In this document: positions 26,911 through 40,947 of the stretch, in pieces
Layout: the number at the start of each line of letters is the position of its first letter
Position numbering within the stretch: the stretch's first letter is position 1
Source: Octopus sinensis
Taxonomy: Eukaryota
Assembly (NCBI RefSeq): GCF_006345805.1
Contig: NC_043006.1
Location: 43,710,001 to 43,774,000 of the forward strand
Reading direction: 5' to 3'
DNA: 64,000 nucleotides
Position numbers and translations under genes: made by a program
Notes under the pieces: generated by a model
Seen by the model: only the letters and a program-made list of their open reading frames with translations
What the model was told of the DNA's origin: nothing
The model's database searches: none

Positions 26911-27054
26911 AGTGTAAAAGACAATACTGCTTTGATTTTCTGTGTCTATTTTCTTCCTCCTTTTTTTTTTATTTTTGTGAAAGAGGGAGCTTTCTCAAAC
27001 TTCTAAGAAGGACATGTAAAAGTTGGGGCACTCATGCATGCCACATCCATGAAA

Positions 27055-27235
27055 TCATCATCATGTAATGTCTGTTGTCCATGCTGGCATGGGTTGGACG
27101 GTTTGACTAGGCTGGCACACTGGAAGTCTGCACCAGGCTCCAGTCTGATTTGGCGTGGTTTTCTACAGCTGGATGTCCTTCCTAACGCCAACCACTCCAT
27201 GAGTTTAATGGGTGCTTTTATGTGCCACCGGTATG
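27055..27235 (-). mobile_element. RTE-related 3' end with (GAT)n tail (family C)
   Basis: CATCATCAT...CCATGCTGGCATGGGTTGGACGG...CTGCACCAGGCTCCAGTCTGAT, matching the 45788 element. Confidence 0.85.
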
Positions 27236-27357
27236 GGTGCCATTTGCATGAGACTGGTATCCATCACGACTCTGATTTTGCTCGGCTTCATTGGTCTTCT
27301 TCTCAAGCAGAACACAAATATAGACCACTTTCTGCAGCAAATTCAAAACAAATCTCT

Positions 27358-27572
27358 TTACTCTTTTACTTGTTTCAGTCATGTGACTGTGGCCATGCTG
27401 GAGCACCACCTTTAGTTGAGCAAATTGACCCCAGGACTTATTCTTTGTAAACCTAGTACTTATTCTATCGGTCTCTTTTGCCAAACCGCTAAGTTATGGG
27501 AATGTAAACACACCAGCTTCAGTTGTCAAGCAATGTTGGGGGATGGGACAAACACAGAGACACAAACAATAT

Positions 27573-27617
<45 letters not shown>

Positions 27618-27755
27618 ACGGGCTTCTTTTCAGTTTCCGTCAACCAAATCCCCTCACAAGGCTTTGGTCGGCCTGAGGCTTTAGTAGAAGACACTTGCAC
27701 AAGGTGCCACGCAGTGGTACTGAACCCGGAACCATGTGGTTCGTAAGCCAGCTAC
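27358..27755 (-). mobile_element. SINE family A, near full length
   Basis: Reverse complement of the family A consensus with a (TA)n core. Confidence 0.9.
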
Positions 27756-28404
27756 AACTGTATTTTACAAATAAAACTTAAACCTAATTAACCTATATAT
27801 ATATATTTTTACATTTATCACACCAATTTTGACCACCTCATTATCATCCCACTTTCCTTCAACACACCCTGAATCTTTCCACTGCCCCTAAGGAGGAAGT
27901 TACTGCCCACTTTGGGAACCACTGATCTAAGCCATGCCGGAATGGAAAACAGACATATGATGATGATGATGATGAACGTAAAGATGGATGAAATGCCGCT
28001 AAGCATTTTGCCCAGGTGCTAGCAATTCAGCCAGATCACCACCTTAATTTACGGAAAAAATATCACGAGTACTTATTCTAGAAACTCATAAGGAATGAAA
28101 TGCAAAAAGAAAAATCAAGCATAGAAATTGTTGAAATGTAGAAAGAGATATTCCATATATTGCTGTATCACCAAAGATCATAGCCATATTTAAGAACCAT
28201 ATGAAACCGGTAATATTGAGCAGGCATCCTATCACTATTTTTTCTGCTTTTCTTTGCCTTTTTTCCCCCCTCTGTCTCAGAGTGTTTAGCCAACTCTACG
28301 AACTTCCACCACAAATCTGCATTGAAAACAGTTATGTTTTATGCAAAAAATAACAAAAGCATACAAATGCAAAAATCGTTTGTGTGCAATGTACATGTGC
28401 ATGA

Positions 28405-28453
<49 letters not shown>

Positions 28454-31188
28454 TACACATACATATATACATACATACATGCATCTCCACAGATCAATAC
28501 ATATGTATGTATGCATGTATGTATGTATAGAACGATGGAAAAAGAGAGAAAAAGAGAGAGACAGGGAAAAAGAAAGATTTCTCTTACTCTCAATGACTCA
28601 CTGATAGAGAACACAGAGAGTGGTAATTAGATATGGTATGAAGATGTTAATCCAATTACTTAGAAACAACTAAACCCAGTTATCAGATCAGCCACATTCA
28701 CCACCACCACTGCCACTGCCACCACTTATGATACTACTAAGGATAGTGAGGTGGGAGGTGGGGAAGAGCAAGAGGGGTGGGTGGCGAATGAACGACAGAA
28801 ATTATTAAATTAACAATTAAAATTTTCTTCTCTGAAACTAATATTATTTTCTCTAATACTTAACACTAATTTCTATCCTGATTCTACTAAGCCAGCTCAA
28901 AATAAAAGAAACCATAAGAAAAATATACGCTGTGAATTTTATGTCATTGAGTGTGGTGGTGGTAGTGGTGGTGGTTTTGGTGGTGGTGGTTGCTGTTGTG
29001 ATGGTTGACTTTATTATTGAGTTTGTTTGTTTATTTGCTTACTGGGTTTTCAATGGTAAACTTTACTGATCAGGATGGGAGTAAATGTAAAAGCCAGGTT
29101 GTAAATTTATAAATGGAAGCTGAGTATATTATAAGGATTAGTGGGAAGAGAGAGAGGGAGAGAGAGAGAGAGATGGGAGGCAGAGGTTGATCTCATCAAA
29201 ACTATTGCCTCAAACAGCATTACCAAGTTGGATATAAAAGCATAAATAATGCCAAGCAGGAAATTGTGGTTATAAACATCAAATATATTATGTACGGAAT
29301 AATGGGGTAAGGATATATAAATCGAAAGCTGGAAACTCAACCAAACACAACCCTGTAGGTAGCATTGCCAAAGAAAAGTTACAACCTCCTTTAATGAGGT
29401 GAGATGGATGAGCACCACTCTTGTGCCAGCATCACCATCATCACTGGCTTGCAGCGATTTGCTTAAGTAGTTTGTAAAAGATCTGTTGAAATCATAAAAG
29501 GGCTGAAGTCCAATAAGTGTGTCATTTGTTAATAGTGGAGCTGACAGGTGACATGGAGTGGACTGTGATGCTGGAGTGAAAGAGACTTCAGTCATTTGTA
29601 ATGTCAAATAAACCAAACATCAGGTGTTATTTGGATGGGCACAGTTACAATAATAACAACAGTAACGAAAAACAACAAAATGAATTCTTCAACTACAAAC
29701 TAAGGCTTCCATGTTGAGTTGACAACAGTATGATGAGAGAGAGAGAGAGAAAAAGAGAGAGAGAGAAAAAGAGAGAGAGAGAGTGAGAGAGGCTCGATAA
29801 AAATACAGTGTAAATAACTATATACACACATATACAAATACGAATGAAAATACAAACAATCACATATGCAGAGAAATATAATATTCTGTATGGAAAATAT
29901 GAATGCAAAACTATAAATTTAAAAAGAAAAGCAATTTGCATATTCTCAAATTCCTAATAGGAAAAGAAAATGGAATACTTAAATAGAATTCTAAATAAAG
30001 CCACCACCTTATGTAGTGGTTAAGAAACAATGTCAGATTTTTATTAAAATCAATGTTAAATTTGTTTGAGCCACTTTGGGATTTGTTTCAAATTGTTTCG
30101 AAAGACTCGGTTCAATACAACTGCCTTCTATTCTACTCCAATGGCTAATATTTTATTTTAAAAATAGAGCAGAAATAATAATAATAATAATAATAATAAT
30201 GATAATAATAAATAAATAAACACAATACACAAGAGGAAATTATGTTTACAATGCTACAAAGATACAGAGGTGCCAATAGAGAGATTCTTGCTCCTGGTAT
30301 CACTTAAGGCATTTAAAGCCATTCAAAATTCTAGAGAACTGTGACACCAACTCAACTTCAAGCATCCTCTGCATTGATTGGTTGATGTGAGAAAAAGGTA
30401 AAGTTTTAGAAACTCTGTATTTCTCAAAATTTGTCTTCATTTTTATTCCTCCTCATTAGTATTCTTATCAGAAATGCTTCCTGCCTAGTCAAGCATACTC
30501 ATAAATTCAGACTATTTCTTTGGCATGGCTTGATATTATATGCTTAACTAGGTCACTTTACTCTAATTGTCTTAAGTTTGCAAAAGTAAAACAAAACAAA
30601 AACAAAAAAAAATGATAGTAATCCACACAGTTGAAGAAAAAAAGTTTACAAACTATATATAAAAGAAAGAGAATGGCTTTGAAATAAACACAAAACCACC
30701 TGAATTTGTAGACGCACGCAACCCATGCTACCATAGAAAAATAAAAGAAAAGCCCTCCCCCACTGACCACCCCAAATCCATGCTGCAAAATGAGCTTTGA
30801 CACAAAATATGTGAATACTTCACAAACTTTCCACCTACCAACCCACTTCTCCATCTATTTTCATGGCTCCACTAATGACTAGAGGTGCCTGCAGAATTAC
30901 ACCCTCATTGCATGATATGTGCCAGTTTAAAGTGGCAAGCAAAATACTCAATTGCTTTTCACCTTTTCCACCTGTCACATTAAAGTCACACAGCAAACAG
31001 GTAGAATGAAAGAGAATCAGAGAGAGAGAGGGGGGAGAGAGAGAGAGGGAGAGAAGTAGAGAATTAGTTATAAGATTGAAGACAATTTAATCACACCGAA
31101 GAGAACAGCCGAAGATTTTCTAATTTTCTTTTGAATCGACTTACCAGTAAAGCTGTGAAGTAGAGAGACAGAGAGACACAGAGGAGAG

Positions 31189-31226
<38 letters not shown>

Positions 31227-32961
31227 AATAAAAAAAAAAACTGAAACAGCCAAATTATCTCCATTGACTCCACTAATCTACAATGATAAAGTAAAAGGCA
31301 ATGTTCCTGCAGCATCAATCAATAAGCACTGGGCAACGCCAAATGGGATTTGTTATGGTAACAATAACAATACTTTGTGATGTGTTCTTAACATCAAGAA
31401 AAGAATGGGAAAACTATTTCAATTCCAAAGATACATGCAAGAATCTTTGCTAATTATTATCTACAAAGTTAATTGGTTAATCCTCGACTGTTCTTCTGAA
31501 AAGATCTGTAGATATACGAAATGAGTGCCGTTAAAATTGACAACTCGTAAAATACAAACAGTTCCTACCTGTTAACTATAAACACCAACTAGACAGAATT
31601 CAGCAAACAGATTTAATCTTTTTGCAGACTTTCTGTGATTATTGTTCTTTAATTGAGAACTAAAGTATCGAAATACCAAAACCCCATCAAGCTATCAAAC
31701 ACTTGATGTGAAAATAACAGGAACAAACTAAGGATATGAAAGTGAAGGAGAGAGGGTGGGGACGGAGTGAGGGGAAATATAAAAGAAGAAAAGAGGAAGA
31801 AAGAGGTTTGACACAAATTTGATATATTCTCTTCATCATTTAGTGGATTTAAGGAAAACTTAGCAGTCTTTAGCTTGATCGTTGGTAGAAAGTGATTTCA
31901 CACCAAACAGACATCACAAGATAACGAAATATAATTTGCTAAGCAGCCGAAAGCAACTAACAAGGTAAGTGCAATATTTAACACTTTACCATTCTTCTCT
32001 GCAGTGCTGAACACAACAATTGGTTCCATTTCAATAATGCACGTAATACAGTAAAAGCAAAGAAAATTACTCAATTTACTCAGCATTTTAGAGTTCAAGG
32101 AACAAAATACAAAAGGCTCTCTAAATCCTCTAAAATTATGTCTTTCATCTTTAATCAAATCATGACTAGGAAAGATAAGGAAAAAGTCTGAAATTAGGTT
32201 ACGTTAAGTGATCTTAAACTGTTAAATATTATGTGTTGTTGTACAAATATAATAATGGTACTAGTTTGGAGAAATCTGTACCTAAGCAAGAAATGAGAAG
32301 AGAAGGTATGAATTTTAAATTTGTCTGCATAAATAATTTGATGAAAAATATATTGTAAAACTTATGATAGTAGAAGCTGCTTTTAAAAGACGCTCATAAA
32401 AAGCAATTTCTATGATGGCGGAAGCAATCTGTATTTGGATTTAATTCAATATTTTCACTGAAGATAAAAGGAGGAAGACGAGACAAGTGAACAGCAATAA
32501 CTTGTGATAATATTGGATTCATATCAACAACGTATATTTACACGAATGTTACATTTATTGCTCTGTGAAGTGCCTGATATAATATGTAGTTGGGTGATTG
32601 AATCGTAAGACAAAAACACAGTTGAAAAATTTAAGTCTTGGTAAGAAAATAGACATCTGTGTCACGTTACTTCAAATCTATCATACTTAATATCCAGCTA
32701 TTTGGTCTTAATGTTCTCCAATACAATAATTGGCCATGTTAACATGGGTTAAATGGACCCACTACTGATGCTCTTTCTCACACCAACTGCCTAAAAGTGA
32801 AATGACAAAGACATCAAACAGATACTGTCACACACACAAAGTATTACAACATAGACACAAAAACCATTACAGATAAACAGAGACACAATTTCATTCTTTC
32901 ATCACCATGTTTCTGCTGAAATGCACTGATTTTGCTTCAATTAAACAACAAAGAAATTATT

Positions 32962-33176
32962 CTTTTCTATACTAGGCACAAGGCCCAAAATTTTAGGCGA
33001 GAGGACCAGTCGATTAGAATGATCCCCAGTACACAACTGGTATTTAATTTATCGACCCTGAAAGGATGAAAGGCAAAGTCGGCCTCAGCAGAATTTGAAC
33101 TGAGAATGTAACGGCAGACAAAATACTGCTAAGCATTTCGCTCGACATGCTAACGTTTCTGCCAGCTTGCCACCTT
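32962..33176 (-). mobile_element. SINE family B with 16-bp TSD
   Basis: TSD CAACAAAGAAATTATT at 32946-32961 and 33177-33192. Confidence 0.92.
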
Positions 33177-33204
33177 CAACAAAGAAATTATTAAAATAGG
33201 TGAA

Positions 33205-33530
33205 GGCATGGCAGTGTAATTAAAAAACTTGCTTTGCAGCCGTGTAGTTTTGAGTTCGGTCCCCCTGCACCTTGGGCAAGTATCTCCTACCATGGTTTCA
33301 GACTGACCAATGCTTTATGAGAAAGCCCATTGTATGTGTTTGTGTGCGTGTCTCTTTCTCTCTCTTTGTGTTTATGCTTGCCACCCCATCCAACACTTAA
33401 CAACCAGTTTTGCAAAACAGACCAATTGTATATGTAATAAGTACAGGACAGTCAACCTGTTTTGTTTTACTAAACTCCTTAAAGCAGTGCCCCAGCATGG
33501 TCACAGTCCGATACCTGAAACAAGCCAGAG
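33205..33530 (+). mobile_element. SINE family A, diverged
   Basis: Head, (TG) core and tail (GCCCCAGCATGGTCACAGTCC) remnants. Confidence 0.7.
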
Positions 33531-33650
33531 AAAAAACGATAACTTACATGGAACATAAATAAATATGAAATTCCGATGAAAGGTTTTACTTAAGAGCTTA
33601 TCTTAAAACACAGGATTTGATTTGTAACACTGAACCAGGGTTGTTTTTAA

Positions 33651-33869
33651 CCCTTTACTGTTCAGATTATTCAATCGAGCATAATGCCTATTGAGTCCCA
33701 TTTATTTGAATTAATCATGTATTATCTCATACCTTCAAGAGCTGGATGGTGTAATTACTTAATGTAGAATAACGTTGTAGGGTAGGTGTGAGAGCCTGGA
33801 TCCGGTCAGTTTGAACATAAAACAGATTAACTACTTTGGCCGGATATGGCCGGTTTAAATACTAAAGGG
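33651..33869. mobile_element. piggyBac-like MITE (219 bp) with TTAA TSD
   Basis: TTAA|CCCTTTA ... TAAAGGG|TTAA, with TTAA at 33647-33650 and 33870-33873. TTAA targets and CCC/GGG ends are piggyBac hallmarks. Confidence 0.85.
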
Positions 33870-36800
33870 TTAAGCAGGTTGGTATGGAAAGGGTTAAGTG
33901 AAACAATGGTAGGGTTTGTGGTTGTACTGTGATATACAGATGTGTAATACAATACTGAAACATTAGCCGTTAACCCAATTTGTTACCAGTGTAAGAATAA
34001 CTGAGCCCTTAATAAAACAGTAATGGTTCTACCTTACGTATAAACTTCATATGAGGCTTATATCTAACTTCTGCACTAAACTGATCACTACTGGCCCCAA
34101 GCAGATTGTCGTTCTACTAAAGAATGAACGTCACATTTACTCTTCTGACATTTCCACATTAAATATGGTATTGCATTATTGCTGCTGTCATTGTGGTGGT
34201 GGTGGTTGTTAGATCGCTACATACTATTTAGTTTTATTTCGTTTGCTATTTTGAACTGCGAGGTAAAAAGGAGTGCACAAACAAACAAACACAAACACAA
34301 AACAAACAAACAAAAACACAAAAGAAGCAGGAGAGAATAGTGCATGTGTGTGTGTGATAGAGAGTGGAGTGAGCGTATTTGAGGGAAGCTATGAAAGGGG
34401 AAGTGAGAGAGAGAGAATAGAAGTCAGAATAAAGGAAAGAAGGAAATTCTGGGAAAGAGAGAATGGAGAGTGTAAGAGAGAAAGAAAGGAACAGAGATAG
34501 TAAAAAAGAGAGAGAGAGAGAGTGTGTGTGTGTGTGTGTGCGCGTGTTTGTATGTAAAAGGGAAAGTGCTAAGATGATAGAAAAGAAGTCAGAAATTGCC
34601 AGAGTAAATGCAGAATACAGGAAGATGAAAAATACAGGGTGTCAAAGAAGAGGCAAAATGTGCGAGTGCTGAAGGTGTCTGTCAGTTTTTAAGTTATCAG
34701 TTACCGGTGGTGGGAGGTGTTAAATTAATAAACTTGATGTTATATTTAATTCTAGAATAAATGGTAACGAAGAAAATATAAAAAAGTTATTTTAAAAATA
34801 CAAAAAATAAAAAAAAATAACACTTTTTACTAAAAACTAAAATAACTCAATTTCTTAGTTTTTACAGTGTGTAACTTGGAAGTTTTTAAACAGAGGCAAA
34901 CTAGAGCTGAGATATTAAAGGTTAACTCTTTCTCCAAAACTTGAAATAAGTCAGAGTTTACAGTATAAAAGAAGAGTTGTCAAAGATAAAGGAAATAATG
35001 TGAAAGTTATGATATTCATGGCTTTCTTGAATAAAATCAAAGCAACATTAAAAAAAACAATAATAAATAAATAAAAAATGTTGTATCAAGAATTAAAACA
35101 GGAATTATGCATACAGTTTGTGGAGAATTTACTGCTGCACTTTTATACTGGACACTAAAGACTACATCATTGAGAAAGGACAAGACTAATTTCCGAAAAA
35201 GGACTAATCGATTGACTAACATTTACATACCTTCTATAGCCACTAATCAATAGAGGGCTTAAATATTGATTATTTACACTGGCTGCATTCAATAGACTTA
35301 ATGGATAGGTATAAAAATTCATCAATTCAATTCTTCATGAATATATAAGAGGAAAAGAAATTTGGGATGGAACAAATTGGCAGTGTTGTTTATTCAATAC
35401 CAGGAAGGTTCAATTAAGGTATGAATATATATTAGTCGATGATAGATTTTCTTTCCCTAAAAAATTCTCCATGCAAATACAACTTCTCAAGTTATTTGGC
35501 CTCACTAAACTGCATTCTGTATCGTATATAAATTACGAGGTTGTACTTAATGATTCACCACCACAGACAATATATAACAATTTCATTGGTTTATTACTGA
35601 CAGGAATGATAAAAGGGAAGTCAGTAAATATATTTATATTTTAACGATATAGTCAACACTGGCACCCACATGGCATCGTTAATGAAAACGACATGGAATA
35701 ACCAGATCAAGATTTGTGTTTCTGTCAAAGAGACTTTTCAGTAAGAATCAGCGTCTTTCTGATCAAGAAACAAAATCAATAATGTTGACCTTTTGGATAA
35801 ACTTTGCCACAACGTGGATGAATGAGAAACCCTTTGTAGTCATGTATTTAGCATGTATAGTTATATGTCCACATCATAAAATTAAACTAGCTCTAATGCC
35901 AGGTGACTTTCAAGTCGCTATTGTCTTCCAATGCTGAATATTAAGATCTAGCCACATTGAACTTTAACTATGAACAATGTCTGTCTGCCTCCGCCTCTCT
36001 CTCTCTTTCCACCTCTAACTGGAAATATAATAACTAAGAAAAGACATTAAAGGTTTGTTTTTTTTTGTGTGTAAGATAAAGTCTATAATATAATAACTGT
36101 ACTGGTCTGGCAGATCAGTCTTTAACAAGCTGACACATGATGGAAACCTGTTAGATTTGTTATTGACAAAGAATGTACTGTGTGTTGACAGATGCAGCAA
36201 GTTTGGCTCCAACAAATATATATAAATCCAGGCATCAGGACAGAAATCAATAGAGAATTCAGTCAGAGAAAAACTTGAATGCTGGAGGTTATCCTATTGT
36301 GGAGTGAAGAAACTAGGATAACTACATGTATACCAAACAGTAAATTATATCTGATAATCATTCAGAAAAGTAGGAAGAATGCAGAATGAATGACATCTTG
36401 TGTATGTAGCAATGGGATTTACATGCTTTGTGTTGCTATATAAAGATGAAGAAGAGCTCTGAGGATACAAAGTGCAATATGAAATCTAGAATGCAAAGTT
36501 CAGTGATGGAAAAAAAAAAATAGATGTTCGTGATTTTTCTTTCTAGTGCTCGATTCAAGAGGGAAGAATGTCTTCAATATGAACCCCATTTAGATGTACA
36601 CCCATGTAACAGATGTAATAATAACTACATACAGCTATTCTAATTACATATCCTGTTATCAATGGCTTCAAATAAACTGAGAATGTATAATATATAACAA
36701 AAGGTGAATGGGATTTTATATACTAGCAGTAACTGTGGAGTTTCATACACAACTTACTTGCTATTTGTCAGTAAGAGTTAATGCAAATGATGGGAAAGTA

Positions 36801-37420
36801 TGGAGATAACTCTGAAAGATCCATTAAAATGTATTTTTAGCAAACTAATAAGAAAATATTATCCTATTGAGGAGCATTTATAATGTTGTAGGTATTGATG
36901 AAAAGGTTTTAATTGGAATGTAAACTTTTACCCAGAAATTGTCCAAGAGGAAATAAAGGTAAATAACAATGTATTGAAATTTGCTGAAAACAAACCAGCA
37001 GGCAATATATATATATGCTTGTATATATATATATGTATGTATATATATATATATATATACAAAGGAAAGAAAGAAAAAAATACTCCCCAGCAAATTAAGA
37101 TATAATTTCACATGAAAACATCTGGGATTCCCCACTGACAGAAACGTTATAAAATATCATAGAATTGTACAGATTGCCATTTAACATACATAATAATGTC
37201 ACTATGTGGATGGTTGTGGATGGTGCAAAGACATTATTAGTAGTTTTAATCACTTTTTCTTTCAGTAATTTAGTTTTTGTCAAGGAATATTGAGTAGTTG
37301 ACATAGACAGTGTTAGCAGTTCAAGTAAATAATGAAAGAAAATAATAAAAGAAAATGATAAAAAGAAAAAAAAAGATATATAATTCAACAGTATTTATAT
37401 TACAACATGTGAGGTCTTGC

Positions 37421-37467
<47 letters not shown>

Positions 37468-39105
37468 AAGAGAGATATGCTTCTGGATGGATGCCAAAAC
37501 TGATGTATATCAATAATTTGTTTTCACAACTATTGGCATAACATAAAAAATGCAAAGGAAAAAATAAATACAAATAAATGAGGAAAAATACAAAAAAAAA
37601 GAAAAAGAAAGAAAAAGAAAAAGAAAGAAAGAAAAAGACAGGCTTCCTTCTGTGCTGATATACAGCAGTTCAATTTACAAGAGAGTCAAAGGTCCATGGT
37701 TTAGTGCAGAAATAATCTGGTTAGGACAACTAATAATCCTTATGAATCAAGTCATGAAACCAGTTTAAATAAAACAACCTTTTCATCTTAAAGGGACCAC
37801 AGAAAATTATAGCTCTTATCATTGTTATTGATGCTAATAAATACATATTTCAACATTATATATATGCTAACATGACTGCATATTTTTATTTTTTTACAGC
37901 AAAAAAAAAAAAAGAAAGAAAAAGCAATGCAATGCATTTGCCTGACTACGATGTGATAAGTAGTTAAACAGTAAGCACTATAAGAATAATTCGTTTCAAT
38001 TTGTAATACAATATTGCTTTCTTGCCAGATTTATGATGCATACAGACAAGACATTGCACCTGTAGAGCCAATACATTATTGACGTCTTTGTTACATTACA
38101 ATACAAATTTTAAAGCATCAATTGGGCTATCATAGCAATTGTAAAAGATTCTCTAAAGAAAACCTACAATAAACAACCACAGAAATAACAGCAATATATC
38201 ATAAACCTATAACAGTTGTCGTTGGATGCTTGGGTTGCCAAGCATAAGAATTCTAAGTAGAGAAGGAACTGGTTTAGTTTAAGCTCATCTTAGTAGAGGT
38301 TAGAGCAATACTAACATATCATATACTATGAAACATCGCATAACAAAAACTGCAAAGGTTTTGCATCATTAATCAGATTGTTCACTGCTATTGTAACAAA
38401 CTTCTAAACATGAAAATCCTATTTGCAATTCTGCTAGAAAACTATCAAACACCTCAATGGTTAGCACTTTACATGTTGGTATCACTCATTTCCTTTTCTT
38501 TCTCAAAGATTTCTTAGACTTAAACTAATTCCATAATATTTTTATTTCCTTACTGTCATCTTAGTAACACATTTTTCTTGGATCATTCAACAGTATAAAG
38601 ATGATTACCTACACAACAACAACAACAGCAGCAGCAGCAACAACAACAACAAAAGAAAAGAAAACCATTGATGCTGCCACCACAGTACAGCAACCAAGAA
38701 CACTTTGAAGAGCTTCTGGCAATATACCTATAGAAATACAGAACACGAGGGACAGCACAGTCACCACATACACACATTCTGAACTGTGACCCCCCATAAC
38801 AAAGATAATACTTCATACGAGAGATCAATCCTCAGTCACCACTAACATACTACAAGGAACCTCATCAATGAAACATGTCTTTTTTTCTGTCTGTTTAACT
38901 GCAATTACAACAAACTTTCTTTTCTCTGAACTGGCTGTGTACACACCTTCTGAATTCAATGGCTGTAACTGCATCTCCTTCAACTGTTCTTACAGTTTCG
39001 TTCCCTCAGATACCATACATACTAAGCAGTCCCCTCCCCCTTCCCCTTCCCCTCTCCCCACATCAATAATACACCATCACTTTTAATCTCCCTAAATCTG
39101 TTCTT

Positions 39106-39506
39106 TACTTCCGGCACTGACCCAAAGAGATTCAAAATGTGCAAATGAACCTCAACAGCATTAAGCTCACCACATCATTCATTCATGGAGGGTATATGAG
39201 GAATATGGGTCATACCCTGCTTCTTCACAATAAACAAAAAACGTGCTGCCCAACAGTACAGATATACAAGCAGTTACAATTTTACTGCTAAACATGCTGG
39301 TTCCTCTACTTCCAACACTGGCTTACCGAAATTCAAAATGCACGAAAGAACCTCGACAATATCAAGCTCACCACATCAATCTTGGAGAGCATATATGATG
39401 GCTTGGGCAGGTACTATCCTACTTTTCCATACTTAACAAAAAAACATGCTATCTAGCAATACAGTTGTGCAAGCAGTTAGAATTTTACTGCCAATATGCT
39501 AGTCCT
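39106..39506. repeat. Diverged tandem duplication, about 200-bp unit x2
   Basis: Shared TACTTCC, ATTCAAAATG, GAACCTC, AAGCTCACCACATCA and GCAAGCAGTTA.AATTTTACTGC blocks at an offset of 201-203 bp. Confidence 0.85.
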
Positions 39507-40947
39507 ATGAACAATAAGTATATAGAGCAAGATTAATAATCTACAATCTAAAGTCTCAAAGCTGTAGATTTATGCTTCCTTTGTGATAGAAAATTTAATA
39601 AAAACAAAACTATCTTATTAAAATACTGTCACTAACACAGTTAAAAATCAATAAAAGTTTCTCAAAAAAAGAATAAAAAATAAAGTAAAGAAATTGCTTT
39701 GATTTTTATTTTTATATTTTTTTTTCTCAACTGAAAAGAAAATAAAAATGCCAAGGAAAAAAAAATATTTATGAATGAAAAAGAGATAGAAAGTTTGTGA
39801 AAAGTAAGAAAATATTGAAAACTAAAGCTGACAACATAATAAAATAGCATATAAGTGGCTATCATAATATATTATAACATGTTTCAAAGTAGAAAATATG
39901 TTCTGTTAATATTTAAGAGAAGTATTTATTTCCTGTTGCCATCTCTAGGTGTTGAAATATTAACAACAACAACAACATCAACAACAAGAGCAAGATAAGA
40001 AGAAGATAAATTGATAGTGCAACATCAAAGATTTTAATCTACACTACATCTAAAGAAAAAAAAAATCCATTGATTTTTTTTAGCTTTTTTTTTTCTTTGT
40101 TTTGTTTTGAGCTTTTTTTTGTACTGTAGAGAAGTTATTAGATTTTTAACAATAGCACTGCCATAGCAGTTCACAGTAGAAATATATAGTATATACTAAA
40201 GCTACTCATATTCTATAATGCACCCCTCACACACACATACACACACTCAATCTCTCTCTCTCTCTCTCTTTCTTTCTCTCCTTCAGTCTCTCTCTCTCTC
40301 TTTCTCATATGCACACACTATATATATATATACTACATTCGCTCTACTTATCTAGATCTCTTTATCACACGCACACAAAAGGAGAGAGAGAAAAAAAACT
40401 GCAATATAGTCAATGTAATAAATTCTTTATCATTGTTACCACACACACACACACACACACACAAAAAAAAACAACAGCAACAACAGCATGCGACATACGC
40501 AGTTGCATGTCACCATGCATCAAAAGTACACATTAACAACATGTAAAAGTTTCAGAAGTCATTACAATTTCTATTTCCGCAACTAAAAGAGATTTCAGTT
40601 TTCAACAGAATGCTACTCTCACATCTGAAATACATTTTGATGAGGTGCGAAGACGCTGTGAAAACTGATAGATTGGGACAGAACAATCAATGTACAAGCA
40701 GCACCATGATTATTAGAGTGACAATGCCGCCAGAAAATGGATAGCGTCTTCAAAACCAGCTTGTAAATTCCTTAACTGACCAAATGAACTGTTTCCTTTT
40801 TAACAGTGGGCTGGCGATATTAATTCCATGGTGCGCACACATAAAATGAGGAAATGATTTACAATTTACAATGGCGGAGAGATGGAAGTAGGACTTTATG
40901 TCAATAATGACATTGTACAGGGGGTTGCTCACTCCAAATGATGCTGG

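Noticed and set aside
31910-31970. Plus-strand exon ending at AAG|GTAAGT
   Set aside because: No convincing acceptor or meaningful frame; isolated perfect donors are expected by chance.
40649-40672. bantam miRNA (TGTGAAAACTGAT match)
   Set aside because: Only the 3' half matches; the seed TGAGATCA is absent and there is no local hairpin.
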